In this document: in pieces, positions 60,958 to 64,000 of the stretch
Numbering within the stretch: position 1 is the first letter of the stretch
Layout of the letters: every line of letters begins with the position of its first letter
DNA from: Ramazzottius varieornatus
Taxonomy: Eukaryota; Animalia; Tardigrada
DNA: 64,000 nt
Assembly (NCBI GenBank): GCA_001949185.1
Contig: BDGG01000007.1
Span: 569,401-633,400, forward strand
Reading direction: 5' to 3'
The notes under the pieces: generated by a model
Databases searched by the model: none
What the model was told of the DNA's origin: nothing
What the model saw: the letters and a program-made list of their open reading frames with translations, nothing else
Position numbers and translations under genes: made by a program

Positions 60958-61769
60958 CTAGACGGGTATCACAGGATCCCAAAAGTCGGCATGTAGTACG
61001 ACTGGTTCCCAAAAATCAAGAGTGTCGCTCGAGACTGTTCCGTGGTTTTCAACTCCAGGTGAAGCCAATGGCGCCACAGTGAGACTGATGGTCGGAACAA
61101 ATCCGGTATTGTAATGAGCTCGAGGTCCTCGAGTGTCATATCGACGAGTGGAAATACTGTGCAACGGGCATCTGCAAGTGCTGGCATCGTGTACAAAAAT
61201 ATCGGATGGTTGAGCAGTTGCGGTGTCTGCGGAAACTGGATTCCGACGTCGTTTACGTGCGCGGTACATTAGGATAATAACAACGATTAATATAAGCCCA
61301 GCGATAATCCCGCTAACTATAGCGATGAACTATACTGACACTCAAAGAATATGACCTGCCTGAAAACGTTTCGAGAGCTGTAATGAATTTGGTGATGTTT
61401 CACCATTGCACGACTTACTGTTTTATGACCGACTAGCGCCAGTAAGCTTCCAGATGAACATGCTTTGCATGCAGAATAACCATTATAACTGCCGACCAAA
61501 CGCCATTTCTCTTTGTGTTCATCAGTGGCCGCTTTCTTGAGGGTATCAGAGATGCCGTTGGGCCAACCTTTCACTGTCCATCGGTATGAAGCAAGCCGGC
61601 GCATGCAGGAATGCGCTGGCTGTTACAACACCTCACCTGTATCATGAGCAAGCACCACGTAAAGCGGAGCACAGCTACGCGGGCAGCAAAGGCCGATTAC
61701 CAGAAGGACTATCAGAACACACGGAAAAATGACATTATCGAATCGACACGGAAATCTATTGTTTCGCAT
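60958..61769 (-). pseudogene. Small single-pass membrane protein gene, apparently frameshifted
   Basis: Signal-like exon MRNNRF...VIFPCVLIVLLVIGLCC (61769-61637, G|gtgag), middle exon ~61573-61419, TM IAIVSGIIAGLILIVVL out of frame with the YRARKRRR tail. Confidence 0.4.
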
Positions 61770-62464
61770 GGGCATCAATCGAATGTGCGAATACCCGGTT
61801 GTGGTATCTTTTACTTCCGATATGCGGCTTTATCTGAATGGCTTTCCGATATGTCTGTGGACTTCGGCCGAAAACCTCTGTTCCTATACATAACTGTGCA
61901 ATCCGACATTGCGACATTACGCGCAAGGCTGCTGGTCTTCCGTGCATTCGCGTGTTCGTGTGTATCAACAGGATCCGCATTCTCTTTGGCTTGTGGGTAT
62001 GATTAGTTTTCGCCCTAACGCCAACAGCAAAACCTTCAAACTTAAAATCGGCGGCACGTCGTATCGCCGGTATCGACCTCACCTGGTACTGTCGGGAAAT
62101 TCCAACTCCAGAAAGTATATAGTAATTAGAGACAGGAGACGGGATGTTTACTTTGATTTGCTCAGTTGTTCATCTGCCAATTTGCTTGCTTGAATTGCGC
62201 CAACTCCATTGCCCTAGACATGCACATTCCGAAGAGAGTCTGCAACTACCTTTACAGCCCGAAGTCTGCTGAATAGATAATGAGAAATCCTTGCCGTGTA
62301 AACAGTCAGTCTTGATATGAGGGAATAACCCGTAGTGAAAATTAAACTAAGCTAACAAGGAGGTCCTCGCGGAGAAACGATCAAGTCTTTTCGCCTTACC
62401 GTCGCATTGACTATTTGAGCCTGGCCCCGTTCCGAATATCTTTTCCACACGAGATTTCTTTGTC

Positions 62465-63028
62465 ATGTCGTGGTTTACTTTTTGTTTCCTGTTGGTTGCA
62501 GCTGCATTCGCTATGAACTCTCTAGCCTTGCCGGATGAAACTCCATGGCATTCCATTTTAGTTAAGAATTTTACATCCGAAAACAAGGAGTTCAGGGAAC
62601 CCATAAGCAGCGAGGAGGACCCTTCGCCCATTGCGGTCAGTGCTATCTCGTCCGATCATGAGGTACAAGGGGTAAGTGTACAAGAATCACCAAGTACAGC
62701 TGTTGGAAGTCGAAAGTTCATGATAGATTGGCCACTATGTTTCTCGTAGACAGCTACTTCAACAACGCTGACTAGCTCTAAAGTTCCAGAAGATGCAGTA
62801 TCAACCGCTGAACCGAATCACCCGTCGTCGAAAGCGCTAAGGAATAACGGAGGAATTTTGTTCGTAATCGTCTTTAAATTGTTCATACACGCACTGTGGT
62901 GAGCATTCCCTAATCGGGAACTGTAGATCTCGCTATCCAGACCAAAACCTGCGTGAAATGCACGCTGATTCTTGAATCATTTTTTGATTTGTTTCAGGTG
63001 GCCATGTCATGTTACCGGTGTGCGATGA
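62465..63028 (+). CDS. Small secreted or membrane-tethered Ser/Thr-rich protein
   Basis: Exons 62465-62671, 62750-62898, 62998-63028 join in frame. Signal peptide MSWFTFCFLLVAAAFA, S/T/E-rich middle, hydrophobic GGILFVIVFKLFIHALWW near the C-terminus. Confidence 0.6.
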
Positions 63029-63175
63029 TAAGAAAGCCAGACCAGAAAGTTTGTACGTCAAACTAACTTTGTTTCAAAGGGCACAGCAGACTTCTGCACC
63101 TGTAAAATTACCCATAAGGGTCTATGAGAATATTTGTTCCAAGTGATGAGAGCTGAAAATGTGGGTCAAAATGCA

Positions 63176-64000
63176 TCAGAACTGAGCGTTTGCAGGCATA
63201 GGAGTTTCGTAAGACTGACCGAAGGGTGGGTAGCCAGTCGGTACTGCAGAGCCATGGGGGGATCCATAGGGTGGTGGTGCGCCAGGTACTGCAGGATACC
63301 CTTGCAATTGCTGAGGGCCGCTGAGCATTCCGCTTGCCTGAAGCGTTGTGGTTGTTGTGTAGCCTTGGTTGATCTGCGGATCGCAGTATGGAGCAGTAGG
63401 TGGGTAAGTACGAACTACTGTTACCGTTCGGCGGCGGCGACAGATCAGGGTCATTACGGTAATGCAGGCTATGAAGATGATAAGGCCGAGGACAATGCTG
63501 ACAATTGCCCCTATGTCAATGATGGCTGGGTATGAGTCCGTGGTCGACGTGTATGAGGGATATCGGCGTGTGGTGCGCGTTGGTTGAGGGCATTCGCTGT
63601 AGTAGTCAGAGCCCTGGTACTTGTCAGTAGCTCCACCTGACGTAAGGCTCGAAGATGGGGCTTCTGATGGGCATACCACGCGGTCATCCCAGCCGTTGCA
63701 CATTTCGCTCTTGGGTACGTATCCGGCAGTCGAGTAGCAGTAAATGTTTGTCCCGTTCGCCGTGCCTAAATTTATAAAAATGGATGTAGGACGTCAAATA
63801 TAACACTGTAGTATGAGTTAACGCAAACGAATGCACCGCTCACCAGTGACCACAGTATAGTCCAAAGTAACTTCCAACTTATTGGTTTCCGCTTGTCCTC
63901 CCCTTGTGTATATTAAACTAATGCCAGTGATGTAATCTAAGTTCGTAGTTTGGTCATCTGGGTGTATTCTTCTGGTCAACAGATGGGTACACGAGGTGGG
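63176..64000 (-). CDS. Degenerate CUB/LDLa single-pass membrane protein with PPxY tail (3' part; start is beyond the window)
   Basis: Exons >64000-63844 (PTSCTHLLT...LEVTLDYTVVTG) and 63765-63176 (IYCYSTAGYVPKSEMCNGWDDRVVCPS, TM IGAIVSIVLGLIIFIACITVMTLI, CRRRR, GAPPPYG). Confidence 0.8.

Overview
Eukaryotic, gene-dense DNA with short GT-AG introns (mostly 45-360 nt) from a compact invertebrate genome. The gene-family content suggests a tardigrade, but that is inference only. From start to end the window holds: the 3' part of mitochondrial presequence protease (PITRM1); two tandem secreted astacin-like genes that lack all zinc ligands and carry an unrecognised C-terminal domain; a secreted Cys-repeat/Thr-rich protein; an intronless rapunzel-like ORF; three DXD (GT32-like) glycosyltransferases with a CR1/L2-type LINE remnant among them; a GRL101-like LDLa-LRR GPCR facing a NETO-like CUB-CUB-LDLa gene; a degenerate CUB/LDLa membrane protein family (two members); a class A GPCR with duplicated 3' fragments; two bacterial-type GH3 beta-glucosidases (one pseudogene, one intact with two introns, a signal peptide and a predicted GPI tail); a degenerate 28S rRNA fragment ending at the R2 target site; a decayed tyrosine-recombinase (DIRS/Ngaro-type) retrotransposon; two cyclase-less natriuretic-peptide-receptor-like genes (both damaged); and several MITE-like inverted-repeat elements. 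The strongest novelty candidates are the dead-astacin pair and the domesticated, apparently GPI-anchored GH3. Exon boundaries were read by eye and no database search was run.
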